Part shown: one piece after another, positions 29,874 through 38,894 of the stretch | Layout of the letters: each line of letters begins with the position of its first letter | Numbering within the stretch: position 1 is the first letter of the stretch | Source of the DNA: Patescibacteria group bacterium | Lineage (GTDB): Bacteria > Patescibacteriota > Minisyncoccia > Phycocordibacterales > Phycocordibacteraceae | Length of the DNA: 64,000 nt | Reading direction: 5' to 3' | NCBI GenBank assembly: GCA_004322365.1 | Contig: SCTS01000006.1 | Coordinates: forward strand, 70,201 to 134,200 | Position numbers and translations under genes: made by a program | The notes under the pieces: generated by a model | What the model was told of the DNA's origin: nothing | Database searches by the model: none | Seen by the model: the letters and a program-made list of their open reading frames with translations, nothing else

Positions 29874-30710
29874 ATGCGAGTTATTTTGAAAAGAATATTC
29901 TTTGTGCTTATTTGCATATTTGCACTCATCGGAGTGGCTTTTACTTTAGTGTTTGTGGGTATGCAATTTGGACTTTTGAATGTACGAGGAACAATTAAAG
30001 AAAGAAATCAGTTTTTTGATAGAAACCCAAACAGCATCCCCTGTCTCAACACTACAGAGGAAGAGTGTGCGTGGAACCAAACCCCTGAATGGGATACCGT
30101 CAGAGAAGGGCTCCGCAAAGATGCGGAAATAATTGCGAGAGTTTCAGCGGAGACGGGGGTATCTAAACGCATGATCGCTTCTGTCGTCATTCCTGAGCAA
30201 ATCCGCTTCTTTACTTCAGAGCGAGAAGTATTTAAAAGTTACTTTGAGCCACTAAAAATCCTAGGTTCACTCGCACAGTTTTCCTTAGGTGTTTCTGGCA
30301 TCAAACAAGAAACGGCAAATGCTATTGAACTCAATACTCAAAATGTCACATCGCCATTTTTCCCAGGGCCCAATATGCGAGCACTTATTGCCTACCCTGA
30401 AGGTGTAGAGCATGATGCGGAGCTATATAGGCGCCTCACCGATCCAAAGGACCACTACTTCTCATACCTCTATACAGCTCTCTTCATAAAGGAGGTTGAA
30501 GCGCAGTGGAAACAAGCTGGCTATGACATTACACAAAATCCGGGCACGGTAGTAACGCTGTTTAACCTTGGTTTTCAGGCCTCAAAGCCAAACCCTTCCC
30601 CAATAACAGCAGGTAGCGAAATTACCACAGGCGGAAAAGCATACTTATTTGGAGAACTCGGCGCACTGTTTTACCACTCCGATGAACTTACAGACGTGTT
30701 TCCGAAGTAA
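29874..30710 (+). CDS. Membrane-anchored hypothetical protein, possible lysozyme/SLT-like fold
   Basis: TM helix; IASVVIPEQ, SLGVSGIKQETA, VTLFNLG loosely match SLT motifs I-III. Confidence 0.5.
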   Translation: MRVILKRIFFVLICIFALIGVAFTLVFVGMQFGLLNVRGTIKERNQFFDRNPNSIPCLNTTEEECAWNQTPEWDTVREGLRKDAEIIARVSAETGVSKRMIASVVIPEQIRFFTSEREVFKSYFEPLKILGSLAQFSLGVSGIKQETANAIELNTQNVTSPFFPGPNMRALIAYPEGVEHDAELYRRLTDPKDHYFSYLYTALFIKEVEAQWKQAGYDITQNPGTVVTLFNLGFQASKPNPSPITAGSEITTGGKAYLFGELGALFYHSDELTDVFPK

Positions 30711-30722
30711 CAAAAACACTTT

Positions 30723-30917
30723 TTATTTCCAAGGAGGTTTCATATTTACGTCTGGGAAATCTTCCAGACTATATCCAAAAAAGTTTATTAAATCGCGAAG
30801 TCGATTGAATCGCCGAATAGTAGGTTTATCCCGACCCTCGGGGTCACTAAAATCACTGTGAGCTTTATTTGCTCGATCAATTGATCCTTGAAGCGTTTCC
30901 TTGATTATGTCGGTCAC
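30723..30917 (-). CDS. Small hypothetical protein
   Basis: 64 aa GTG ORF downstream of tsaC. Confidence 0.35.
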   Translation of the reverse strand: MTDIIKETLQGSIDRANKAHSDFSDPEGRDKPTIRRFNRLRDLINFFGYSLEDFPDVNMKPPWK

Positions 30918-30965
30918 GGCGCAAACTCTATCATGGAGATAAAGGTCTTCCTATATGTTAAGTTT

Positions 30966-31547
30966 TTATAGTGCGTGTATGTCGATCTCCGCTATCGCTC
31001 CTTCCCGAATCACATGGGGCGAGAGCCCTCGTGCATCCACAACAGTTGAAGGAAGCGACTCTAAAAGTTCACCCACATCAATCACACGATCAATCATATG
31101 CGCCTCCGCACCAAATTGAGCAAGTATCTCGGACACAGTGTTTTTAGAATCCATATCGCTTACATTAGCGCTTGTCGCTGTATAAGGCCGTCCGAGCTCA
31201 CGCACAATATTTAAACAAAGAATATGGTTCGGAATACGAATACCGACAGTACCGGTTCCTGCAGTAAGTTCTGTAGGAAGATTAGATTTAGCCTTCAGAA
31301 TAAGCGTGACTTTCCCTGGGAGAAATGCTTCAGCAAGTTTTAATGCGAGCGGTGTCACTTCGGCATATTCTTCAGCCATCTTCATGTCGGAAACAACAAT
31401 AGAAATTGGCTTGCCATCTTCCCTTCCCTTAAGCACTCGAAGTTTTTTGAGGGCCTCAACACTCAACGCATCCACACCAAGTCCGTAGAGGGTGTCTGTA
31501 GGGTACAAAAGAATACCGCCACTATTTAATATATCTTTAGGGTTCAT
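30966..31547 (-). CDS. tsaC: L-threonylcarbamoyladenylate synthase (TsaC/Sua5/YrdC)
   Basis: YPTDTLYGLG, LKGR...KP, GIRIP, ATSANVS, PSTVVD. Confidence 0.93.
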   Translation of the reverse strand: MNPKDILNSGGILLYPTDTLYGLGVDALSVEALKKLRVLKGREDGKPISIVVSDMKMAEEYAEVTPLALKLAEAFLPGKVTLILKAKSNLPTELTAGTGTVGIRIPNHILCLNIVRELGRPYTATSANVSDMDSKNTVSEILAQFGAEAHMIDRVIDVGELLESLPSTVVDARGLSPHVIREGAIAEIDIHAL

Positions 31548-31607
31548 ATAAAAAGAGTCTCATTACTGAGACTCTTTTATTCTACACCTTTTACCTTGCT
31601 TACATTT

Positions 31608-31760
31608 TTATTTCCTTTTGGCACGATCTTCATTTTGTTTTTTAATTCTTGCTGCATTCTGTCTGCGTCGCGCTACTTCAGCTGATGCCTTTATAGACTT
31701 TGGAGGAGAAACGATCACTTCCCCATCTCGAAAAAAACGGTCTGGACTATGCATATTCAT
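31608..31760 (-). CDS. Small basic protein (50 aa), not in ORF track
   Basis: MNMHSPDRFFRDGEVIVSPPKSIKASAEVARRRQNAARIKKQNEDRAKRK; upstream TTGACA-N17-TATTTT; downstream hairpin at 31552-31579. Confidence 0.45.
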   Translation of the reverse strand: MNMHSPDRFFRDGEVIVSPPKSIKASAEVARRRQNAARIKKQNEDRAKRK

Positions 31761-31822
31761 ACTGAAAAAATAGCAAAAAATTGCCCCTCTGTCAAAAACT
31801 GAAAATTCTCTAAATCTGAAGA

Positions 31823-31996
31823 TTATGCAGGTCGATGTTCCTCAGGCCAGTACTGTTGAGCCCCAGCTTCAAAAGCTTTCCTTTTAGGACTCTTAGGACC
31901 AGTGTGTTTAAATTTGGCATTCGCAGCAGCAAGGAGAGCGTTTAAACCTGATATTTTGTCCCTTCGAGACTCACCGGAACCAAAAGACTGACCCAT
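31823..31996 (-). CDS. Small protein (57 aa), not in ORF track
   Basis: MGQSFGSGESRRDKISGLNALLAAANAKFKHTGPKSPKRKAFEAGAQQYWPEEHRPA; AT-rich leader. Confidence 0.45.
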   Translation of the reverse strand: MGQSFGSGESRRDKISGLNALLAAANAKFKHTGPKSPKRKAFEAGAQQYWPEEHRPA

Positions 31997-32102
31997 AAAA
32001 AAATAATTTTAATTACTATTTTATAAGCGTACTCTCCGATTTATAATCGTCAAGCAACCACTGTGCGTTACAGTAACCCTTGAAAAAGACCCTCAGAAAG
32101 GC

Positions 32103-32219
32103 TATTCTTTTCGGACTTGCGCAGAGAACCTAGGTTCCCCGCGCAGGCGTTCGGAAAGAAGAAACGGACACTTTGCGCTGCGAGCGAAACGCTCCCCGCG
32201 CAGGCGTTCGGAAAGAATA
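32103..32219. repeat. Two tandem imperfect palindromes sharing a 25 bp direct repeat
   Basis: tccccgcgcaggcgttcggaaagaa at 32136-32160 and 32193-32217. Confidence 0.85.
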
Positions 32220-32254
32220 CTCACGCAGAGCGTGGACATTCTCTTCCTCACTTT

Positions 32255-32327
32255 GCGCGGTTAGCTCAGTTGGTAGAGCGCGTCATTGACGTTGACGATG
32301 TCGGGGGTTCGAATCCCTCACCGCGCA
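32255..32327 (+). tRNA. tRNA-Val(GAC)
   Basis: GCGCGGT/ACCGCGC acceptor, CGTCA-TTGACGT-TGACG. Confidence 0.93.
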
Positions 32328-32331
32328 CAAA

Positions 32332-33138
32332 ATGAATCTTGAGTCTTTAAACCCGTCTTCGAAATGGGAAGAAGAACAAATGGCAGACGGTGAAAAGTGG
32401 TTTCACACTACTATTACTGAAGTACCAGAAAATTCGCTGGTTCCAAAACACTCCACCTTACTCGTTACTGCTGAAGGTAAAAAACTATTCGCGCACAATG
32501 ATCGGCTCTTGAAGAAACTCCTAGTATACAAACGTTCGTCAAATAAGAGGAAGGCGGCGGCGCACATTCGTAAATACTTAGGTGGAGAAGGAAACGGTAG
32601 CGTGTATGCAGTCGGGAGAACCGGTGTTGCCATCAAAGAGGCAGGGACTCAACAATCAGTCCATTGGGCACTTGAGAGAATGGACGGCTTGTATCGAGCC
32701 ATCGAAAATGGGAAACGAAATAAACTCATTCCTGAGTGGATAGGACTTCCGAAACATTATGGGTACCTCATCCCTCCCATTTCAGCCGAAGATCAAAGAC
32801 AATACATGCTGATGCAACAAATAGATGGCGGGGTTACCATTGAGGACATTCGTTCACTTTCCTCTGGCACCAGCGAAGATAGGGAGCGTATTCAGAATCG
32901 ACTTGGTACTCCCTTAACACAAACTGAGATTCAAGGAATCGAAGAACAGTGGAAAAAATTAGAAGGTTTTCTGAACACTGCGATAGTGCAAGCAAATACA
33001 AGCAAAGGTGTTGACGAGCAAAGAACCTTTAAGCAAATGGTCCCAGACTTTCATGAAGGCAATGTACTTATTGAGAGAGTCAAATTTCCGAAACGAAATG
33101 GGGACGAACCATTTAAATTGTGGGCTATTGACCAATAA
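32332..33138 (+). CDS. Atypical protein-kinase-like protein
   Basis: Gly loop GGEGNGSVY, VAIK, YMLMQQIDG, DFHEGNVLI, terminal WAIDQ. Confidence 0.6.
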   Translation: MNLESLNPSSKWEEEQMADGEKWFHTTITEVPENSLVPKHSTLLVTAEGKKLFAHNDRLLKKLLVYKRSSNKRKAAAHIRKYLGGEGNGSVYAVGRTGVAIKEAGTQQSVHWALERMDGLYRAIENGKRNKLIPEWIGLPKHYGYLIPPISAEDQRQYMLMQQIDGGVTIEDIRSLSSGTSEDRERIQNRLGTPLTQTEIQGIEEQWKKLEGFLNTAIVQANTSKGVDEQRTFKQMVPDFHEGNVLIERVKFPKRNGDEPFKLWAIDQ

Positions 33139-34914
33139 CTATTCCTGCAAAAACCCTCCCGCCTGATGATTCCAAAGTTCTGAGTAGGTGCCACCTAAAT
33201 TCACTAATTCCTCATGACTACCCTCTTCAATTATCTTCCCTCTATCCATAACAATAATGCGATCCATTTCACGCAGAGTTGAAAGTCGGTGTGCAATCGC
33301 AATAACCGTCTTTCCTTTCATGAGCTCCTTTAAAGCGTCCTGAATGGCAACCTCGCTTTCACTATCCAAAGAAGCAGTCGCCTCATCCATAAGGAGAATG
33401 GGCGCATTTTTGAGAATCGCTCGTGCTATCGCAATTCTCTGACGCTCACCACCTGAAAGCTTCACACCTCGCTCTCCAACGAGTGACCCATATCCCTCTT
33501 CAAGCCGTTTAATAAAATCATCAGCTTGTGCGAGGCGTGCTGCCTCCTCTATTTCTGCCTGCGATGCGTCAGGCTTTCCGTAGGCTATGTTTTCGCTAAT
33601 AGTGCGGTGAAAGAGCAATGGTTCCTGTGGCACCACCGATATACCACAACGGAGACTATCTTGAGTAACTGAAGCTATATCGGTGCCATCAATCATAACT
33701 GCTCCGCTGTTAAGTTCATGATGTCGAAGGAGAATACGCATTAAGGTCGACTTACCTGCACCACTTCTTCCTACGATACCTACGCGCTGTCCTGCTGGTA
33801 TGAAAAGATTAAGTTTTTCAAAAATCGGGATATCACCATATTTAAAACTTACGTCTTTAAGATGTATCTCACCAACGGAAATACTACAGGTGCTCGCATT
33901 AGCAATATCAGCAATTTCATGCGGTGCGACTATTTCTCGAAGACTCTCTTCTACTTCACCCCATGTATTAGACATGCGGTTTATGTTGTTACCCAGACTC
34001 TGTAAGTGACCTTCTATTCTAAATATAACCGTAATGACAAGGATGATATCTCCGAGAGATATAATTCCACTGTGCATAAAAAGCACCGCAATAAAAAGCA
34101 TGGCGCTACCAAAAATAAACTGAAGGATGTTGTTGAGCACGAGGACATATTCACTAAAACCCCAGTTCTTAAGTCCAGCTACTCGGCGTTCCAATATTGC
34201 ATCCTTAAAGTTATCCATTTCAAATTCACGCCTAGCATACTCCTGCATCGTGGTGATATTGGAAAGAAGATCAACTGTCATGCCAGTCAATTTAGTTTCA
34301 AGAGCTTGTGCGTGCATGGAAAGTGGCCGACGCTTACGCGCAAAATACATATTGATTACAACAACGGTGAGTAGCCATACAAAAAGAATCGAGGCAATAA
34401 TGGGAGAAACGAAAAAAGCAATAATCAAACTCACTATGGATGCCACAATAAGCTCAAGAAAATCCCAAAGCACTTTTTCAACTATTTCGAGCATACCTCC
34501 TCCTGCCTGACTAATTTTATTTGCAATAGAACCTGCAAACCTATCGGAAAAATACGCACGACTGTGAAGCGTCACATACGATGTGAGTGTCTGGCGGGCC
34601 GTTGCTCGCGCACCAGTTGCCCAACGCATTCCCGCGAATCCTGAAATGCGCCAAAACGCTTTTGCGAGAAACAGGAAAAGAACTAACATGCCGCATGCCA
34701 ACGCTAATTCCTCGTACGAACCACCAACTGATAAAGCGGCAGCGGCATTTGCTATCAGCTTAAATACATATGCGATGCTGGCCGAAAGTGAGCCTGCAAT
34801 AATAACAGCGATGAGCGCTATCGTTGCCGGCTTCCAATACGGTCGTGAGCAAAAGAGGAAAAAGTGGAGAGGATTTGTGTCTTTAGGAAAGTCTTCACGC
34901 CAGAGGGATTTCAT
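33139..34914 (-). CDS. ABC exporter, fused permease/ATPase
   Basis: TM domain, GRSGAGKST, LSGGERQR, LLMDEATASLD, IAHRLST. Confidence 0.95.
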   Translation of the reverse strand: MKSLWREDFPKDTNPLHFFLFCSRPYWKPATIALIAVIIAGSLSASIAYVFKLIANAAAALSVGGSYEELALACGMLVLFLFLAKAFWRISGFAGMRWATGARATARQTLTSYVTLHSRAYFSDRFAGSIANKISQAGGGMLEIVEKVLWDFLELIVASIVSLIIAFFVSPIIASILFVWLLTVVVINMYFARKRRPLSMHAQALETKLTGMTVDLLSNITTMQEYARREFEMDNFKDAILERRVAGLKNWGFSEYVLVLNNILQFIFGSAMLFIAVLFMHSGIISLGDIILVITVIFRIEGHLQSLGNNINRMSNTWGEVEESLREIVAPHEIADIANASTCSISVGEIHLKDVSFKYGDIPIFEKLNLFIPAGQRVGIVGRSGAGKSTLMRILLRHHELNSGAVMIDGTDIASVTQDSLRCGISVVPQEPLLFHRTISENIAYGKPDASQAEIEEAARLAQADDFIKRLEEGYGSLVGERGVKLSGGERQRIAIARAILKNAPILLMDEATASLDSESEVAIQDALKELMKGKTVIAIAHRLSTLREMDRIIVMDRGKIIEEGSHEELVNLGGTYSELWNHQAGGFLQE

Positions 34915-34930
34915 ATGTTTGTATGCTTCG

Positions 34931-34962
34931 CGCTACTCCTCCGATTAATCGGAGGAGTAGCG
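34931..34962. terminator. Perfect 32 bp palindrome between orn and the ABC gene
   Basis: cgctactcctccgattaatcggaggagtagcg. Confidence 0.55.
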
Positions 34963-34972
34963 CTTTTTATTT

Positions 34973-35527
34973 TTATATTTTCAGAAAATGTTTCCGATAA
35001 AATTTTAATTCTTCTATTGATTGAAGGATGTCATCTTTGGCGCGGTGCTTTTTCTCACCTCGCGATGACCTCCACTCTTCATATACTTCGGGCTTCCAAC
35101 GCTCCGCAAGTCCTTTTAAGGTTGAGACATCAATGCAACGATAGTGGAGATAGGAATCAAGAGTAGGCATATGAAGACGTAAAAACATCCTATCCATATG
35201 TATGGAATTTCCACACAGCGGGCTCGATTGTGGGGCAGTGTGTGCCTCAACAAATGCAAGTACCTCCCTTTCAGCCTGTTCGGTGGTAATCACGCTCGAA
35301 ACGGAAGATTCAATAATTCCACTTTTTTTGTGAATTTCTAATACATCCGACGGGATATTTTCAAAAACCACTGAATCAGCGTGAATGATGATATCAGGAC
35401 CTTCAGCGACAACAGTAAGGTTAGTGTCAGTAATAACCACCGCAATTTCTATAATTGAGTCTTTGGTAACGTCCACCAAAGACGTCATTTCGAGGTCCAT
35501 CCATACAAGGAGGTCGTTTCTTTGCAT
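34973..35527 (-). CDS. orn: Oligoribonuclease
   Basis: LVWMDLEMT, PLCGNSI..DRMFL, HYRCIDVST, HRAKDDI; start at ATG 35527. Confidence 0.93.
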   Translation of the reverse strand: MQRNDLLVWMDLEMTSLVDVTKDSIIEIAVVITDTNLTVVAEGPDIIIHADSVVFENIPSDVLEIHKKSGIIESSVSSVITTEQAEREVLAFVEAHTAPQSSPLCGNSIHMDRMFLRLHMPTLDSYLHYRCIDVSTLKGLAERWKPEVYEEWRSSRGEKKHRAKDDILQSIEELKFYRKHFLKI

Positions 35528-35547
35528 TACGCTATAATACACCGAAC

Positions 35548-36717
35548 ATGAAAATCTTAGCCATTGAGACCAGTTGCGATGAAACGGGGGTAGCAATTCT
35601 TGAGTGCGAAGGCTCATTTGAGGGCGCGTCGTTCACCATCCTCGGAAATGCCCTTTACTCGCAAGCAACCCTTCATGCTCCATACGGTGGGGTATATCCC
35701 AATCTGGCAAAACGCGAACACCAAAACAATCTTGCGCCACTTGCAACTGAGGCCCTCAAGGCAAGCGGTCTTTTGAAATCACGGACTAAAGACACTCCTG
35801 TAAATGACTCCTCTCTCGAGAATATCCGTGACCAAACATTCAAAAGCAACATAGAAGACTTTCTCGCTTCAACTGAAAAACCTGACATCGAATTCATTGC
35901 AGTAACAAAAGGCCCTGGCCTTGAGCCGGCACTCTGGACAGGTATTAATTTTGCTGAAAGCTTGGGACGAGCTTGGAATATCCCCGTCATTGGGATTGAC
36001 CACATGGAGGGACACATCTTCTCTGCGCTATTAAAAAAGCTTTCGGATTCCAGCTTTCAGCTTTCAGGGATGCAGTTTCCTATTCTTGCATTCCTCATTT
36101 CAGGTGGACATACAGAATTCGTAGTAATGAAAGAGCCTTTTGTGTATGAACACATCGGAGCAACGAGAGACGACGCCATCGGTGAAGCATTCGACAAAGT
36201 TGCACGACTCCTTGATCTTCCCTATCCAGGAGGGCCTCAGATTGCTGAAGTTGCTTCAAGGTCGCGGGCACGGGGTGAAAAAAATGAAATCTCCTTTCCT
36301 CGACCTATGGCACAAGACGATACATGCGACTTTTCTTTCTCAGGTTTAAAAACCGCAGTGCTCTATAAACTTCGTGACATGGATAAAATTGACGAGAAAG
36401 TTAAAGAACAAATAGCAGAAGCATTCGAAGATGCGGCACGCGATGTCGTAATAATAAAAACTAAACGAGCACTTGAAGCAACTGAGCCAAAAATCCTAGC
36501 GGTTGGTGGCGGTGTTTCTGCAAATACTGAAATTAAGCGCGCACTTACCGCGTTGGTAGATGAAGATTTTTCAGACATTCAACTTTTGTTCCCTGATGCA
36601 ACACTCACTGGTGATAATGCCATCATGATTGGTGTAGCTGGCTATCTCCGCCATCTATCGGGAACACATACCGCAAGCAATTTATCGGCGCTTGGGAATT
36701 TAAAGCTGGGAGAGTAA
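35548..36717 (+). CDS. tsaD: tRNA N6-adenosine threonylcarbamoyltransferase
   Basis: IETSCDET, GPGL, HMEGH, SGGHT, DDAIGEAFDK, FSFSGLKT, DNAIMI. Confidence 0.96.
   Translation: MKILAIETSCDETGVAILECEGSFEGASFTILGNALYSQATLHAPYGGVYPNLAKREHQNNLAPLATEALKASGLLKSRTKDTPVNDSSLENIRDQTFKSNIEDFLASTEKPDIEFIAVTKGPGLEPALWTGINFAESLGRAWNIPVIGIDHMEGHIFSALLKKLSDSSFQLSGMQFPILAFLISGGHTEFVVMKEPFVYEHIGATRDDAIGEAFDKVARLLDLPYPGGPQIAEVASRSRARGEKNEISFPRPMAQDDTCDFSFSGLKTAVLYKLRDMDKIDEKVKEQIAEAFEDAARDVVIIKTKRALEATEPKILAVGGGVSANTEIKRALTALVDEDFSDIQLLFPDATLTGDNAIMIGVAGYLRHLSGTHTASNLSALGNLKLGE
36040..36067 (-). repeat. Heptamer run inside the tsaD coding sequence
   Basis: Minus strand reads ctgaaag ctgaaag ctggaat ccgaaag. 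Confidence 0.6.
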
Positions 36718-36728
36718 CATTCTCTATT

Positions 36729-38894
36729 ATGGATCCAAAATTCCTACAACCATATAATTCAAAAGAAACGGAAGAGGCTATCTATACACGTTGGGAAGAA
36801 AGTGGCTATTTCAATCCTGACAATCTACCTGCCCTGAACGGAGTAGAAGGGTCGCAAGAACGCACAGAGCCATTTTCAATGGTACTTCCCCCGCCAAATG
36901 TTACCGGCATTCTCCATATGGGCTCAGCATTGATGCTCGTTATTGAAGATATACTTATTCGCCACGCTCGCATGAGTGGCAAAAAAACACTCTGGATTCC
37001 TGGCGCCGACTCTGCTGCAATCGCTACTCAATCAAAAGTCGAAGGAGAGATTTATAAGAAAGAGAAAAAAACCCGCCATGACCTCGGACGAGATGAACTT
37101 TTAAAACGAATAGATGTATTCGTAAAAGAGAGCGAAAAAACTATTGTTGAGCAAATGAAACGTGTCGGCGCCTCATTAGATTTTTCTCGCTATGCCTACA
37201 CTATGGATAGCGCGAGATACCATGCCGTCATGGAGGCCTTTGTACGAATGTACAATGCTGGTCTCATTTATCGCGGATACCGAATCGTAAACTGGGACCC
37301 AAAACTCCAAACTACTGTTTCGGATGATGAAATGGACTATGTAGAAGAGTCCGTTCCATTCTACTATTTCAAATACGGACCATTTGTCATCGGCACGGTA
37401 CGACCTGAAACAAAGTTTGGTGATAAATATGTTGTGATGCATCCAGAAGATGCTCGCTATAAAGAATGGAAGCATGGTCAGACATTTGATCTTGAGTGGA
37501 TAAACGGCCCCATCACCGCAACGATAATCAAAGACGAAGCAGCTGATATGGAAATGGGTTCAGGAGTTATGACTATTACACCCGCGCACTCGGTAGTGGA
37601 CTTCGAGATTGCGAAGCGCCATGGGCTTGATATAGAGCAAGTCATAGACGACCGCGGACTTCTCCTTCCTATAGCAGGAGAATTTCAAGGTAATCACATC
37701 AAAAAAGCTCGTCCGCTAATCATTGAGAAGCTCAAAGCAAAAGGGCTCATTGATAAAATTGATGAGAAATATGTCCACAACATCGCAACAAACAGCCGTG
37801 GCGGAGGCATTATAGAGCCTCAAATAAAGCGTCAATGGTTTGTCGGGGTCAATACCGAGTTTGAAAAAAATGGAAAGAAAACGACCCTGAAGAAAATGAT
37901 GCGAGAGACTGTGGAGAGCAAGGCAGTAGACATTACACCTGAGAGATACGAAAAAACATACTTCCACTGGATAGATAACCTCCGAGATTGGTGTATTTCA
38001 CGCCAAATATGGTTCGGGCATCGTATTCCAGTATGGTACCGAGGTGAAGAAACATATGTCGGAGTCACTGCACCCGAAGGTGCGGGATGGGAGCAAGATT
38101 CTGACACACTCGACACATGGTTTTCCGCTGGATTATGGACATTCTCTACACTTGGCTGGCCTAATGAGACAAAAGATTTAAAAACTTTCCACCCCACTTC
38201 AATTCTAGAAACTGGATACGATATTCTCTTCTTCTGGGTAGCCCGCATGATTCTCATGAGTGGATTCCTCCTCGATGAGGTACCGTTCAAAAAAGTCTAT
38301 CTTCATGGATTAGTTCGTGACGGACAAGGGCGAAAGATTTCAAAATCCCTAGGCAACAACATTGACCCATTAGACATGGCAGCGAAATACGGCATGGATG
38401 CAGTACGCGTTTCTTTGATTGCTGGCATGGCACCAGGAACCGATAGTAAAATTTCTGAAGAAAAAATTCGCGGATATAAAAATTTTGCAAATAAAATTTG
38501 GAACATTGCTCGCTTCGTACTTGAGAATGGTGGCGGAAGCACGCCAAACGCTCCCTATACAAAAGAAGATGCACTATTAGCCACAGAAGTAACCGAAATA
38601 GCAAAAAATGTTTCTGAACACATCGAAAAATTTAGAATCGACCTTGCCTTCGATATTTTGTACCACTTCATCTGGCACCGATTCGCAGATGAAATAATTG
38701 AAGCATCAAAACCAATACTCAAGGGAGCTAGCGAAGAAGAGAAAGCATCTCGACAAAAACTCCTCTACGAAACACTGCAATGCTTCCTGAAGCTCCTCCA
38801 CCCATTCATGCCATTCGTAACTGAAGAGATATGGACATACCTTCCTCAAAAGGAAACTGAATTATTGATAGTGGCTCCCTGGCCAGAGGGTTAG
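36729..38894 (+). CDS. valS: Valine--tRNA ligase (short, no C-terminal coiled coil)
   Basis: PPPNVTG, DWCISRQIWFGHRIP, DTLDTWFS, TGYDILFFWVARM, KISKS, LHPFMPFVTEE. Confidence 0.96.
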   Translation: MDPKFLQPYNSKETEEAIYTRWEESGYFNPDNLPALNGVEGSQERTEPFSMVLPPPNVTGILHMGSALMLVIEDILIRHARMSGKKTLWIPGADSAAIATQSKVEGEIYKKEKKTRHDLGRDELLKRIDVFVKESEKTIVEQMKRVGASLDFSRYAYTMDSARYHAVMEAFVRMYNAGLIYRGYRIVNWDPKLQTTVSDDEMDYVEESVPFYYFKYGPFVIGTVRPETKFGDKYVVMHPEDARYKEWKHGQTFDLEWINGPITATIIKDEAADMEMGSGVMTITPAHSVVDFEIAKRHGLDIEQVIDDRGLLLPIAGEFQGNHIKKARPLIIEKLKAKGLIDKIDEKYVHNIATNSRGGGIIEPQIKRQWFVGVNTEFEKNGKKTTLKKMMRETVESKAVDITPERYEKTYFHWIDNLRDWCISRQIWFGHRIPVWYRGEETYVGVTAPEGAGWEQDSDTLDTWFSAGLWTFSTLGWPNETKDLKTFHPTSILETGYDILFFWVARMILMSGFLLDEVPFKKVYLHGLVRDGQGRKISKSLGNNIDPLDMAAKYGMDAVRVSLIAGMAPGTDSKISEEKIRGYKNFANKIWNIARFVLENGGGSTPNAPYTKEDALLATEVTEIAKNVSEHIEKFRIDLAFDILYHFIWHRFADEIIEASKPILKGASEEEKASRQKLLYETLQCFLKLLHPFMPFVTEEIWTYLPQKETELLIVAPWPEG
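36828..36851 (+). repeat. Probable REP-like 24 bp in-frame insertion in valS
   Basis: cctgccctgaacggagtagaaggg encoding PALNGVEG. Confidence 0.55.
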
